Assembly (NCBI GenBank): GCA_964016885.1 | Contig: OZ024750.1 | Coordinates: 13,144,001-13,208,000, forward strand | Origin: Eledone cirrhosa | Taxonomy: Eukaryota | Direction of reading: 5' to 3' | Length of the DNA: 64,000 nucleotides | Shown here: one piece after another, positions 55,801 to 64,000 of the stretch | Position numbering within the stretch: position 1 is the stretch's first letter | Layout: the number at the start of each line of letters is the position of its first letter | Position numbers and translations under genes: made by a program | The notes under the pieces: generated by a model | What the model was told of the DNA's origin: nothing | What the model saw: the letters and a program-made list of their open reading frames with translations, nothing else | The model's database searches: none

Positions 55801-58800
55801 TACAGGAATAGGTTAAGAAATATTTATGACACGCTCCTCCTAGGCTCACATAAACACACACAAACTTCTATTCCATGAAGATTTTTTTATTTTCTACTTA
55901 CGTTATAGAAGTGCCCTCCAGAACTTTGACAGGGCAGAGTGGACTGCTAAAAACAGGAGGTTCTTGTTTGGTTGGTTGTTGAAATGTTATTCTTTCAGTA
56001 GATGTCTTTTGTATCCTCTCATATTGTTCAGTTATAAGTTGTTGTCTTAAAGTATCTTCTGAGAGAAGTTTTTGCAAATGAGCATCAGTTGTGTCCTTTC
56101 GGAAAGTGTTTTCTGTTTTCAAAATATAAAATGGCATATCAATTAGAAAATATTAACTGTCTTTGTAGAAACGTTATTTGATAGTGTGTATAGCACAGAA
56201 ATCAGACGGTCACTCCAGGTAGTGCTGCTTCTTCTCTGAATTGAGAGATCACAGCTCCGATACTATAGACATGTGGTCAGAAGGTCTCAGAAAAGAATCA
56301 CAGGACAGATTTTGTGGCCAAAACCAGCCAGCAGGAGACCCAGGGATAGATTCCGAGCAAGATGGTTGGATAACATCCATGAGCTCAACTGGTCTCACTT
56401 GGGGAAGAGCTTGTGGAAGGCAGGCTTTAGGACTCTGCCCCAACGACCCTCCCAGGAATAAGTAGTTGAAGAAGAAGAAGAAATATTGATGTTTTCAAAT
56501 ACAATGTATTCTATTTTTTATATACAAGCAGGGGGTTCCATACAGTTCTGCATTCTACCATGTGACTTTTATAATAGCACCACCACCAGAGAGGCTGCAA
56601 TGTCTCCTACACAACTGAATGGTCCTCCCAACCCTTTGTTTGACAAGTTTTTTATGGCTGGATGCTCTACATGAAAAATACATGAACAATATTTCTCTAG
56701 TACATACCGTGTTTGAGCATTCCCAACTCAAACGAAGCCAATGAGCTTTTCATTTGAGCCATTTTAAGCTCAGCACTGCGAAGTTCTACTCTCTTTCGGC
56801 GTTCCAGTTCAATTTGTAGATCTCCTAAAATGTTAAATATGAAATAATGTATTTAATTTCTTTGTAGATGTTTTATATTTTGTTACAGTGTTATACAGAA
56901 AGAATTGGAGTAAATAATCATCAAAATTACTTTCTTATCTTTCAAATCAATTAAGAAAAGTATGTTTATTGTTTTGAACAAAATTAAAACTATAATATAA
57001 TAAATTTGCTAAGGTAAGATTCTTTTGTTATCTTGGCAATTTAACATTATTCATAACAAATTGTCTTGGTCTTCAAAATTTAAATTTGTGCTTCCTATTA
57101 AACAATGCTTCAAGCAAGCTAAATAATATTTAGCTTTCCTTTATACTTAAAATTCATGAGTTATAAAAAGCCATGTTGAATAAAGGTGAAATAAGATAAC
57201 TACCTTTAGGAGCATGGCGTAAATGTGAACGCCAGTCTTCCTTTGGAATTACTTTTAGTGTTGTAATAGATTCTGCTTCACCTTGTTGATTTTTGGCTAA
57301 AACTCTTATTTGACCAGCATCGTATTCTCTTGCACGAGGAATTTCAAGATAATGGATTACACCATCATATCTTACTTTGAATCTACTTCCCTGAAAGAAA
57401 AGAAAAGAAATTGTTATAAAAATATTTGTAAAAATATTATAAATAAGTTAATTTTCATTTTATAAATTTCAAAATAAAACGTGATTCTATTTTATTGTTT
57501 TTACAATTTTTACTTTACTTACTCCTGCAACGAGACTTCCATTGATCCACCAAGTAACTCTTGGACGTGGGTAACCACTAACGTTAACAATAAACTTAGC
57601 AGTTTCTCCTTCGTCAATTTGTACTGGTTCTGGTTTAATTTCAATAGTAGGTGGAGAAGGTTCTGTTGGAATATCAGGCTCTTCAGTATAGTTTCCGACC
57701 ATTAGAGAACTATTGATATTTTAAATGAAAAAGAATCATATTTAAAACAAAGCCAAATATATTTTGTTGCATTATACATTAGGCACACAAAATAAATATC
57801 TTATACAAAAAAGAAAATTGATTTCGCGAAATACTATATAGCAATTATAATCATTCACGAGGAAAGCAAAGTAACCATCGAAAAACGCTTGAAAACGACT
57901 TAGAAAAAATTTAAATCAAAATCACAATTTGATCCCAAAGAGAGAAAATAGAAACGTTATCCACTGAAGGTTCCTTAAACCCTGATGAAGGGACTTTTAG
58001 GTCCTGAGATATTGGATGGATAAAAGAAGAACAACAACAAAACAAAGATTACCAGGTAACTTACTTTTTGGTACCTCATCTTACAATCCATTTTGCATTG
58101 TTTAGCCTTCTATCTCTTTCAACGTTATATATTGTAGACAATGCTTCAAACAAACTACAACATTTTACTAATAACTTTATTATTAATTATGTATAACTCG
58201 TTAAAAACTTACAGATTTTTGTAATTCTCCAATTGACGTAAACGCTCAATAGCCTCTTGACCTTCTGGAAGTTGAGTTCCAATAATAATTGATGTCTTGT
58301 CTATAAAATTATAACAAAATATTATTAATTTAAAAGTGGATTTCAGTCATGATTGAAGTCAGATAAAAAGGATAATATTTATATCTTAATAAATTGTTAA
58401 AAACATCATGTATATGTAGCCGATCTCTTGGACATTTACGAAGTGCTGAGGGGATAAAGTTAATATAAAGAGTGGTCTACTTATGCATGGAGATGCTATA
58501 AAATATCTGGGAGATACAAGGTTTCAATCCCTTGCGAAAGCTAATGGCAACTTTTTCTGTCTTTAAGGGTCTTTATCCTATTCTATAGCATCTCTGCACA
58601 TGAGCACACCATTCTTTATATTAAATTGTTAAATTTATTAAATTGATAAATATATTATTTAGTGCTTAGATAAACTCTAAAACATAGTTATGGATTTTAG
58701 TTTGACGTTTTAAACTAATATTTTCTAAAACTTCTTTAAATAAGAAGTTTTAGAAATAGTTAACTGAATAAATTGAATTTAGATTTTTAGATGTTTATAC

Positions 58801-61800
58801 ATACTTAAACAAACAACTTCAGCACTTATTGATGCTTCACCATATGCATTTGAAGCTTTTATAGAATAAATGCCTGAATCCTCTGGGATGGTAAAAAGAA
58901 GATCAAACACCACATAACCAAATTCATATAAAGGTCTGTAACGATGACCTGAAATATTTTAAAAGAAAAATATTAATTAGTGTCATGAACAAATACAGAA
59001 TCCAAGTCAGAATTTTTCTTTAAAACTGATTTCATAAAATGAACTGAGTTTGATTTATCACTAGATTTATCAGATTAAAATAGTAAGAAATGCTAAAGAT
59101 GCAGAATTAGAAAAACTGAAATTGACTTGACTGTGAAAAAGAATCACTACAAAATCTTGAAATAAACAAAAAATATATATATATTAACAAAGTTCAACAG
59201 AATAAGGGTTTGAAATTTTAGAGGATTACAATTTCTTAATATAAGAAGCTACTGATATAGTAAAACATGAGATTAGTTCTCTGTTAGTTATTTAATTAGA
59301 TGAAGATATAACATTACAAATGTTATATAGATATTCACAGTAATTTATTTAGAACTAACAGATTAAAAAGAAAATAGATTTTACCAAATTTATGTTTTAA
59401 AAACTGCAATATCACGTAGATATAAAATAAAGTAAAAATATAGAGGACATACCATAAGGTAATGGTTTTCCATCCCTTAACCATTCTACTTTCATGGTTG
59501 GATCATTAATAGGTGTCAACAGACATTCCAAATGTGTGCGGTCATATTCAGCAACTTCAACATTTTTCAACTGAGTTCTGAAAATAGGCATCTTTTTCTT
59601 GTTTTGATTGTATATAATTTCAGTAGGATGTACATTGCTTCGGCGAAAGTGAGATTCTTGTTTCATTTTTTGTAATTGTCTAAAGAAAATAAAAGTGAAT
59701 AAACACAGTCAGTTTCCCTATCCCAATATAAATTGTATGTGTGTGTGTATATATATATATATATAGGAAAAGAGTCAGGACCCTGACAGCAAAGCTCCGG
59801 CCATTAATACAGCTAGATCAGAACTAAGCCACCAGTATTAGAACTGTGGGAATCTAGCCAAATGGTCCACCCGGTATCTTACCACACCCTCTTTGTTTTA
59901 TTTAGAGAGTAAGAGAGAACTCCTGATGGAGTTATATGGGTGGCAGTATGAAATGTGGCATGTTATGGCCATTTTAAACCTGGGGGGAACCCATCCCTCT
60001 TGAGATCTGAACACAGTCGATTTCTTCCAAGTGAAGAAAGAGAGTAAGAAAGAAAGGTATATATAATAATATTTTTAAAATTACTTACATCTCAGCTTCC
60101 ATTTTGAAAATATTATCTTGTGGAGCTCTGAAATTTAAAAGATGTTAGTATTAATAATTAGAAACAACGGAATAGAAAGTATTAATATAGACTCCACATG
60201 ACACAAATTCAGATTCTGTCAGAGTAAGAAAAAATTATATTGAATTTATTCACTCAAGTCACAACACATTATTGATCATGCATCAATCAAGTTAGAAAAT
60301 ATGTGGTAAATTTTTGTTGAGTACCTGATATTAGAAACGACTGCATTTGGGTGTAAAAACAACACTCAACTAACCCCTCTTCACAAATTTGTCGATTTGT
60401 GCCTATGGTTATTAAATTAAGTAGTTTGATTAAGGTGAAGAATTATTATTATTATTATTATAGATAGTCTTGGGAACAGTATGAATGAAATAGTTTTAAC
60501 AATATTCTATCTTTCTTTGTTGTTGGGTGATATTGAAATGAGAGATTTACAATAGTTACATTCTGTAAATAAAATGGATTTAAGAAGAACCCTAGTCCAG
60601 TAAATATTAAGTGATTTACAGATATTTTAAGCTGAATTTCTATATATTGTTTATATGTAAACTACATATGCATTATTATGAAATGTAAGTTATATATTGA
60701 TTATGAAATGTAAGCTACATATACATTATTATAAAAAAATTTAATGTTTTGTATCAGCTATTTTAAGTGTTTTTTTTAATATTTTCTTTATTAGATATGG
60801 AGCTTTTTAAAAGTTGAATCAAGTGTTTTGCTAACTGAAAATAAGTGAAAAATAATAAGATTTATTTAAAAACTAAACGCACAGAATTTAGCATGCAGGA
60901 CAGAAAAAAAAACATATTTTGGATAGTAGGTAATTTTTAATATGTAACTTTTGTTTTATTTAATGAAAATTAAATGGAAATGAGTTCATCATAACTAAAT
61001 CATGACTTGTGTCATGTAATTAAAACAACAAAGTAAATTATAAGGAATAGATTCCTACTAATTGATCTTTAGTTAGTCTCTACAGCTACTATTAATATAA
61101 TCTTACTGTCAATAGTTCCATATATTGACAAAGAATTTATGTTTAACTCAAATAATATTTAAATATATATAAATAAGTATATAGGAACATCAACATCGCT
61201 TGGTTTAGCATCTTTATTTGTCACAAGCAAGACATGGTCACCTGACTTGGCATTGCTCACAACAGGATAACTCTTCTAACCCATGCCAGAATGGAAAAAT
61301 GGATGTTAAATGGAGATGATGATGATGATTTGTCACAAGCATTGGACATCTTAGTTGCCTCTTTCAAAGCATCTCTCCAGAGTGTTCATTCCAGGGATAG
61401 GTTTTGATCCAGGTTCCAGATCATCCCTGATTACCTTTCCCAATCACTAAATATATTGGATATTAATTCATAATAGTAAGCTTACCACCTAATTTCTTAT
61501 GTGGGTTGAATAGGTCTACAACAGCATCTATTCATGTGCTATTGTTCTGCCTCATCTCATTATTGTAGCTGAAAGTTCAGTGATTTTATCTAACTCAACA
61601 CATTTTCTTTTATATGCATTCATGTTGAAGTTGGAAATTTGGACAGAGTTGTTGAATTCATGAATGTAGAAGAAATTTCAAATTTTTTAATGGAAACTCT
61701 AAATATGATATTGTCTAGTGATGAAATATGTTTTGCTCTGAAAAGAAACACCATTTCACATGAAACCATATCTATATTTAGAGGTTTCAACAGAGTTTAT

Positions 61801-63243
61801 TAGAGGATTGCTGTTTATATCTATAATACACACACGCATATTTATATATATATATATATGTGTGTGTGTGTGCAAGTTGTGTGTGTGTGCAAGTTGTGTG
61901 TGTGTGTATATATATTACTAAAAGGAGGGTCTTGAGGATACAGTAATACAGAGATAAAAGGATCAAATATATCACTCGGAAGTTACAGTAACATTAGAAA
62001 CATCAGTGGATATTTTAGATTAGTTATCAAAGATTTTTGGTTAAAACCCAGCAGTTTTTGATGTTATTGTATTATATAGATCATCACACAAGAAATATTA
62101 GACACGGGATGAAATTGTTAACTCTCTCAAATAGTTAGCCTTATTCAAAAGTTCAAACCTTCCAATGTTTTCTTCCATTATTGCTTTATAAACTTCACTA
62201 GTAGCAGCATTCCATGGAGTTTTTCCAATGGCATTAGTAACATTTTCATTGTCTGATACTGGTTTGGGACTTCTTTTCCTACACAAGGGAGATATTGAAG
62301 TAATTCTCATTTTTTTTTCTTTTTCTTTTACTCTTTTTCACACTATCATTTCTATGTTTCAGGAAATCTTTTTGTCAAACTTTATTGAAAATACCGCATG
62401 AAACAACATTAACAAGACATCCTCAAAACCTATAAAACTATTACAGAATAATTGTTTCTACTTTTGGCAGAAGGCCAGCAATTATCCCAGTGCATTACTG
62501 GTACTTTACTTTATTGACCCTATAGGGATGAAAGACAAGAATAATAACAGTACACTTGCTTTCAATGAAAACAAGGAAGTTACTAAATGACAAGAATGCA
62601 TGAGAAAGTGAGATTGTCCCACCCCATGCAAGCATAAAAAAACAACATAAAAATGATGATAATGATGAATAAGTAGTAGAATTATTATTATCATTCTAAT
62701 ATGTTTGATGTGCAGCTGATTGTCACACTTGGTGGTGAATTGATGGTCATTTTCGTTTTTGTTTCCTGCCCCACCCCTTTTTTTCTTTCTCTTGCTCTAG
62801 TCATGTGTTTTGATCCATAAATTATATTTCAATTTCCAAATGCTATGTGTATTTTTTTCATATTTTGTAAATATTGTGAACAATTTGTAATGCCATTTAT
62901 ACAACCGGCAATAAAATTAGCTGTCTTTTAAAATAATATTAAAGTAACTCATATTAAAATATAATATTCTGGTTCCAAACAGATTTGTTCTAAATATACT
63001 CTAATTTGTGTATCACTTTTCATTTTAGTAACAAGTATTAAATGAATTTACCTTTGAGTAGTTTTGGGGGCTGGTACTTTTGCAACTGGAGGAACTGCTG
63101 GTGGTTTACGAACTTGTGGCTTTTCTGACTTCTTGGCTAGTTTTGGACTCTCAACATGTTTAATAACAGGAGTTGGCCCATTAATAGCCACTTTGGGTTC
63201 AGGCTTAGGTGCAGGTTTTGGTGCAGTGTATGGTTCCACTTTG
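22513..63243 (-). CDS. sls: Kettin/Sallimus (invertebrate titin/connectin)-like giant muscle protein, 3' portion: 31 exons, ~4,690 aa in window, 15 I-set Ig domains, acidic repeat regions, hydrophobic Cys-rich C-terminus; 5' end outside window
   Basis: Manual exon tracing gives GT-AG introns with consistent phases throughout. Ig hallmarks are repeated (P.F...L, G.P.P.v.W, ev.PED.G.Y.C.A.N..G). Kettin signatures: PINDPTMKVEW, FGYVVFD, linker TQLPEG..AIERLRQLE. The symbol follows the Drosophila homologue; orthology was not computed. Confidence 0.9.
24343..24480 (-). CDS. Penultimate exon (QAISFHEFETQRAVVSEQEKMEIKQEFHKFEINIDVSSHGAPIRP)
   Basis: ttttgttctacttttag acceptor, GTAATA donor; 138 nt, phase 1-1; overlaps ORF 24236..24418. 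Confidence 0.8.
24822..25452 (+). mobile_element. Two tandem-oriented SINE family A copies (24822-25012, 25260-25452) in the titin intron
   Basis: Near-identical B-box, core and gccaaaagtagaaacaatta tail. Confidence 0.75.
28958..33430 (-). CDS. Giant exon: PEVK-like 47-aa and 58-aa tandem repeats plus one Ig domain
   Basis: ORF 28950..33446; tttctttcag acceptor at 33431, GTAAGT donor; 4473 nt, phase 1-1. Confidence 0.93.
29450..30570 (-). repeat. Coding tandem repeat, 174-nt / 58-aa unit (VDETAVFKEGLEISPKPGFKEVHM...SERKEQP), 5 full copies plus partials
   Basis: aaccctggttt at 29641 and 29815 (174 nt apart). Confidence 0.95.
31420..32470 (-). repeat. Coding tandem repeat, 141-nt / 47-aa unit (PEDLPAENVEIFPREPSPVETTPEV...QNVAVL), ~7-8 copies plus degenerate flanks
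   Basis: ggttcccgtggg at 31861 and 32002 (141 nt apart); visible in translation. Confidence 0.95.
34198..34602 (+). mobile_element. RTE-type LINE 3' fragment with (GAA)n tail; related copies at ~56200-56482 (+) and ~10290-10500 (-)
   Basis: The 56 kb copy reads RRPRDRFRARWLDNI; shared nucleotide blocks; local ~75-nt duplication at 34200 and 34311. Confidence 0.55.
35337..35779. mobile_element. Tc1/mariner (pogo/Tigger-like) MITE; related fragment at ~51705-51950
   Basis: TIR ctgtatatactcgaatataag...cttatacacgagtatatacag, flanked by TA on both sides. Confidence 0.75.
36216..39467 (-). CDS. Giant exon: E/V/T/K-rich 90-aa tandem repeats plus one Ig domain
   Basis: ORF 36172..39525; CAG acceptor at 39468, GTAAGT donor; 3252 nt, phase 1-1. 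Confidence 0.93.
36750..39020 (-). repeat. Coding tandem repeat, 270-nt / 90-aa unit made of two ~45-aa halves, ~7-8 diverging copies
   Basis: aactttatgaatatc at 38341 and 38611 (270 nt apart); VEQKHAKESKV...QPTVAKS pattern. Confidence 0.9.
40102..40315. mobile_element. piggyBac-like MITE with TTAA TSD
   Basis: TTAA-ccctttagcatttaa...ttaaatactaaaggg-TTAA. Confidence 0.75.
41520..42641 (-). CDS. Large exon: acidic PEVK-like spacer (with EP repeats and LFYDAPE) plus one Ig domain
   Basis: ORF 41512..42306 stays open up to the CAG acceptor at 42642; GTAAGT donor; 1122 nt, phase 1-1. Confidence 0.92.
43751..44062 (-). CDS. Exon, one complete I-set Ig domain
   Basis: ORF 43671..44138; TAG/GTAAGT sites; 312 nt, phase 1-1. 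Confidence 0.92.
44608..44822 (-). CDS. Exon, Ig body (LICQLTGEPNVSWYINEVEV...SYEDSGEYICRMENKEGVAISRASINVMK)
   Basis: Manual translation; TAG/GTAAGT sites; phase 2-1. Confidence 0.88.
45197..45350 (-). CDS. Exon, Thr-rich linker plus Ig start (...SPHYVEPANVYQGKPIR)
   Basis: ORF 45193..45375; CAG/GTAATT sites; phase 1-2. Confidence 0.85.
45707..46405 (-). CDS. Exon, two complete I-set Ig domains
   Basis: ORF 45699..46391; TAG/GTAAGT sites; 699 nt, phase 1-1. Confidence 0.93.
46892..47109 (-). CDS. Exon, Ig body (LECSVDAHPPPLITWYING...PEDTGEYTCRAVSELGEAVCSTTLYVQ)
   Basis: ORF 46812..47132; CAG/GTAA sites; phase 2-1; 218 nt, the same length as the 47903 exon. Confidence 0.9.
47479..47641 (-). 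CDS. Exon, linker plus Ig start (...REIRPIFVEPIQPEVFVRERGIAR)
   Basis: Manual translation; CAG/GTAAAT sites; phase 1-2. Confidence 0.88.
47903..48120 (-). CDS. Exon, Ig body (LEARVEAYPPPLVKWYVNG...DLGEYVLRVGNELGEITCRTTITFD)
   Basis: ORF 47898..48086; CAG/GTTAGT sites; phase 2-1. Confidence 0.9.
48398..48521 (-). CDS. Exon, linker plus Ig start (EQELPEDKISRAGMQLVQPKIPVFKRSLSQNYKVKRGQIAR)
   Basis: ORF 48364..48552; CAG/GTATAT sites; phase 1-2. Confidence 0.85.
50834..50963 (-). CDS. Exon, Ig C-half (IERVGQTTILSIREAFPEDSGLITCRARNSAGVAECSAEFYVQ)
   Basis: ORF 50709..50936; TAG/GTAAGT sites; phase 0-1. Confidence 0.9.
51060..51245. mobile_element. Tc1/mariner-type MITE with internal ttataacgaa repeats; second copy at ~7437-7575
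   Basis: tacaggtaaaattcc...ggaatttcactgta termini with TA; the internal sequence is shared with the 7.4 kb copy. Confidence 0.65.
51484..51677 (-). CDS. Exon, Ig N-half (TPPSFIKPISNIVIEEGYPTYFEAVFTGEPDPEITWLRNGKKIKNTRDFK)
   Basis: Manual translation; TAG/GTAATT sites; phase 1-0. Confidence 0.9.
52049..52240 (-). CDS. Exon, Ig C-part (PVVTWYCNNQLVKPSKYF...LEAFPEDRGLYRCVARNVAGEISCVCRLNVI)
   Basis: ORF 52026..52280; TAG/GTGAGT sites; phase 1-1. Confidence 0.9.
53039..53197 (-). CDS. Exon, linker plus Ig N-part (...TPPSILKRPENKTVPESESISFSCRITSNP)
   Basis: ORF 53022..53249; TAG/GTAAGT sites; phase 1-1. Confidence 0.88.
53560..53820 (+). mobile_element. Penelope-like 3' terminal fragment with mutated minimal hammerhead
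   Basis: tctt CTGGTGA aggactagcatcc GAAACGTT aaga at 53692-53726; ends in (TA)n. Confidence 0.45.
53926..54091 (-). CDS. Exon, Ig C-half (DGKNMPESPRWKFIHEENHYTLLIFEVQPEDAGTYACVSINTTGKSTCTAKLVVD)
   Basis: Manual translation; TAG/GTATGT sites; phase 0-1. Confidence 0.9.
54194..54330 (-). CDS. Exon, Ig N-half (SPEFRNLLRDTKVVVGEPATFDCEVIGKPKPKVHWQK)
   Basis: Manual translation; CAG/GTATG sites; phase 1-0. Confidence 0.9.
54976..55105 (-). CDS. Exon, Ig C-part (IRVTENSSTLHIPEVFPEDSGMYTVKAYNKYGMTQCKAKLTVI)
   Basis: Manual translation; TAG/GTAAGT sites; phase 0-1. Confidence 0.9.
55252..55339 (-). CDS. Exon, Ig middle (LKVKFTGNPPPIITWYRDSFEIQSSWDFQ)
   Basis: Manual translation; TAG/GTTAGT sites; phase 2-0. 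Confidence 0.88.
55902..56112 (-). CDS. Exon, linker plus Ig start (...QEPPVFSSPLCPVKVLEGTSIT)
   Basis: ORF 55898..56137; CAG/GTAAGT sites; phase 1-2. Confidence 0.88.
56708..56824 (-). CDS. Exon, helical linker (DLQIELERRKRVELRSAELKMAQMKSSLASFELGMLKH)
   Basis: TAG/GTATGT sites; 117 nt, phase 1-1, open. Confidence 0.8.
57204..57390 (-). CDS. Exon, Ig C-half resembling the last kettin Ig (GSRFKVRYDGVIHYLEIPRAREYDAGQIRVLAKNQQGEAES...KEDWRSHLRHAPK)
   Basis: Manual translation; CAG/GTAGTT sites; phase 0-1. Confidence 0.9.
57523..57709 (-). CDS. Exon, Ig N-half (PPTIEIKPEPVQIDEGETAKFIVNVSGYPRPRVTWWINGSLVAG)
   Basis: ORF 57487..57702; TAG/GTAAGT sites; phase 2-0. Confidence 0.9.
58213..58300 (-). 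CDS. Exon, kettin inter-Ig linker (KTSIIIGTQLPEGQEAIERLRQLENYKN)
   Basis: Manual translation; TAG/GTAAG sites; phase 1-2; matches the kettin linker pattern. Confidence 0.85.
58413..58625. mobile_element. Repeat with inverted arms (58461-58505 / 58579-58623) and decayed hammerhead-like core; related copy at ~13836-14005
   Basis: taatataaagagtggt...gatgctataaaata versus tattctatagcatc...accattctttatatta; caagg/ccttg stem followed by CGAAAGCT. Confidence 0.45.
58805..58948 (-). CDS. Exon, kettin-type Ig C-half (GHRYRPLYEFGYVVFDLLFTIPEDSGIYSIKASNAYGEASISAEVVCL)
   Basis: Manual translation; CAG/GTATG sites; phase 1-1. Confidence 0.9.
59453..59679 (-). CDS. Exon, kettin-type Ig N-half (PIFRTQLKNVEVAEYDRTHLECLLTPINDPTMKVEWLRDGKPL)
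   Basis: ORF 59412..59666; TAG acceptor, GTATG donor; phase 2-1. Confidence 0.9.
60089..60127 (-). CDS. Titin-like micro-exon (APQDNIFKMEAE), phase 2-2
   Basis: ttttaaatttcag acceptor, GTAAGT donor; 39 nt, in frame. Confidence 0.75.
62159..62278 (-). CDS. Candidate cassette exon (KRSPKPVSDNENVTNAIGKTPWNAATSEVYKAIMEENIG), phase 2-2
   Basis: Acceptor atctcccttgtgtag, donor AG|GTTTGA; 120 nt, open, symmetric and in phase with both flanking exons. Confidence 0.6.
63052..63243 (-). CDS. Titin-like exon, Pro/Lys-rich PEVK-like segment (KVEPYTAPKPAPKPEPKV...PAPKTTQR), phase 2-2
   Basis: Lies in ORF 63048..63368; CAG acceptor at 63244-63246, GTAA donor at 63051; 192 nt. Confidence 0.85.
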
Positions 63244-63503
63244 CTGTAATGAAATTTTATTTGCATCTTAGAATACTTAACATTCAATAGATGAATTTGT
63301 AAAAACGTTCCATTGAAATTAAAGTTGCTTAATTTTAAGCTAAACAACACATCAAACATTTCAACCAATTATTATGAAAATTCAGATACAATATATTTAT
63401 TTTAAATATCTTGTAATTTTCACAAAAATAATATTATTTCAAGGCATTAAACATCAAAGAACCTACAAAAATGTTTTGTGTGCATCACAACACTTTCCTT
63501 TAA

Positions 63504-63685
63504 CCCTTTAGAATTCTTTCATCACTTTCTGTTCTAACCAGCCATAACCGGCTGCTCATACTGATGCTAAGGTATTGTTCTCAAAATAAATAATATCAAA
63601 ATCTCATAGATTCGATATTATGTGAGATAAAGTGTTTATGGTGAAAATACAATAGTATATATAGAGTAATGTAAATGCTAAAGAG
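63504..63685. mobile_element. piggyBac-like MITE, same family as 40102-40315, opposite orientation
   Basis: TTAA-ccctttag...ctaaaagag-TTAA; the interior is the reverse complement of ~40110-40285. Confidence 0.7.
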
Positions 63686-64000
63686 TTAACATGATTATTT
63701 GAATCAACCAAACACCAATATATTGGTTAGTAACAAAAGTGTGTAGAGGTTTTCTATTGGTTATTTTTATTCATGGGATTTAGTTGGTCATGTGACATAT
63801 ATATTTTCTGAAAGAGGGGATTTTAACATATTTTTCTATTTTTAAAATGAAATTAAAAAGAGCTATTCTCTGCTCAAAACGAATTAAAAAAATGTGTTTT
63901 GAAAAGAATGATCAAGGGTGATGAAAAATGGATTGTTTACAACAATGTGGAATGTAAAAGAACATGGAGAAAACAAAATGAACCCCCTTCAACCATTCCA

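Noticed and set aside
61486-61515. 30-nt exon-like unit
   Set aside because: Stop codon in the required phase; sits in repeat-derived sequence.

Overview
AT-rich eukaryotic genomic DNA, probably from an octopus or other cephalopod (inferred from the tRNA-derived SINE types, RTE/CR1 LINE debris and long TA/CA microsatellites). From ~22.5 kb to 63.2 kb the minus strand carries the 3' part of a giant kettin/Sallimus (invertebrate titin/connectin)-type gene. I traced 31 exons by hand; all introns are GT-AG and the phases join into one open frame of ~14.1 kb (~4,690 codons). The 5' end of the gene lies beyond the window. The product has 15 I-set Ig domains (the first two kettin-type) and three giant phase-1/phase-1 exons of E/V/T/K/P-rich repeats (90, 47 and 58 aa units). 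The most unusual feature is the last exon. Instead of SH3/Fn3/kinase domains it encodes a hydrophobic, Cys-rich tail (MQTFLLAMIMVMMFIRFMAWLLSFGCCFWCCFFCCLWQ*) resembling a CYSTM/cysteine-string tail anchor, and the acidic spring exons carry several FFAT-like (VAP-binding) motifs. Together these suggest a membrane-tethering titin isoform, which is an inference. Positions 1-21 kb hold no credible protein-coding gene: they contain SINEs, LINE remnants, MITEs, microsatellites and Penelope-like terminal fragments, one of which carries an inverted pair of intact-looking hammerhead ribozymes.
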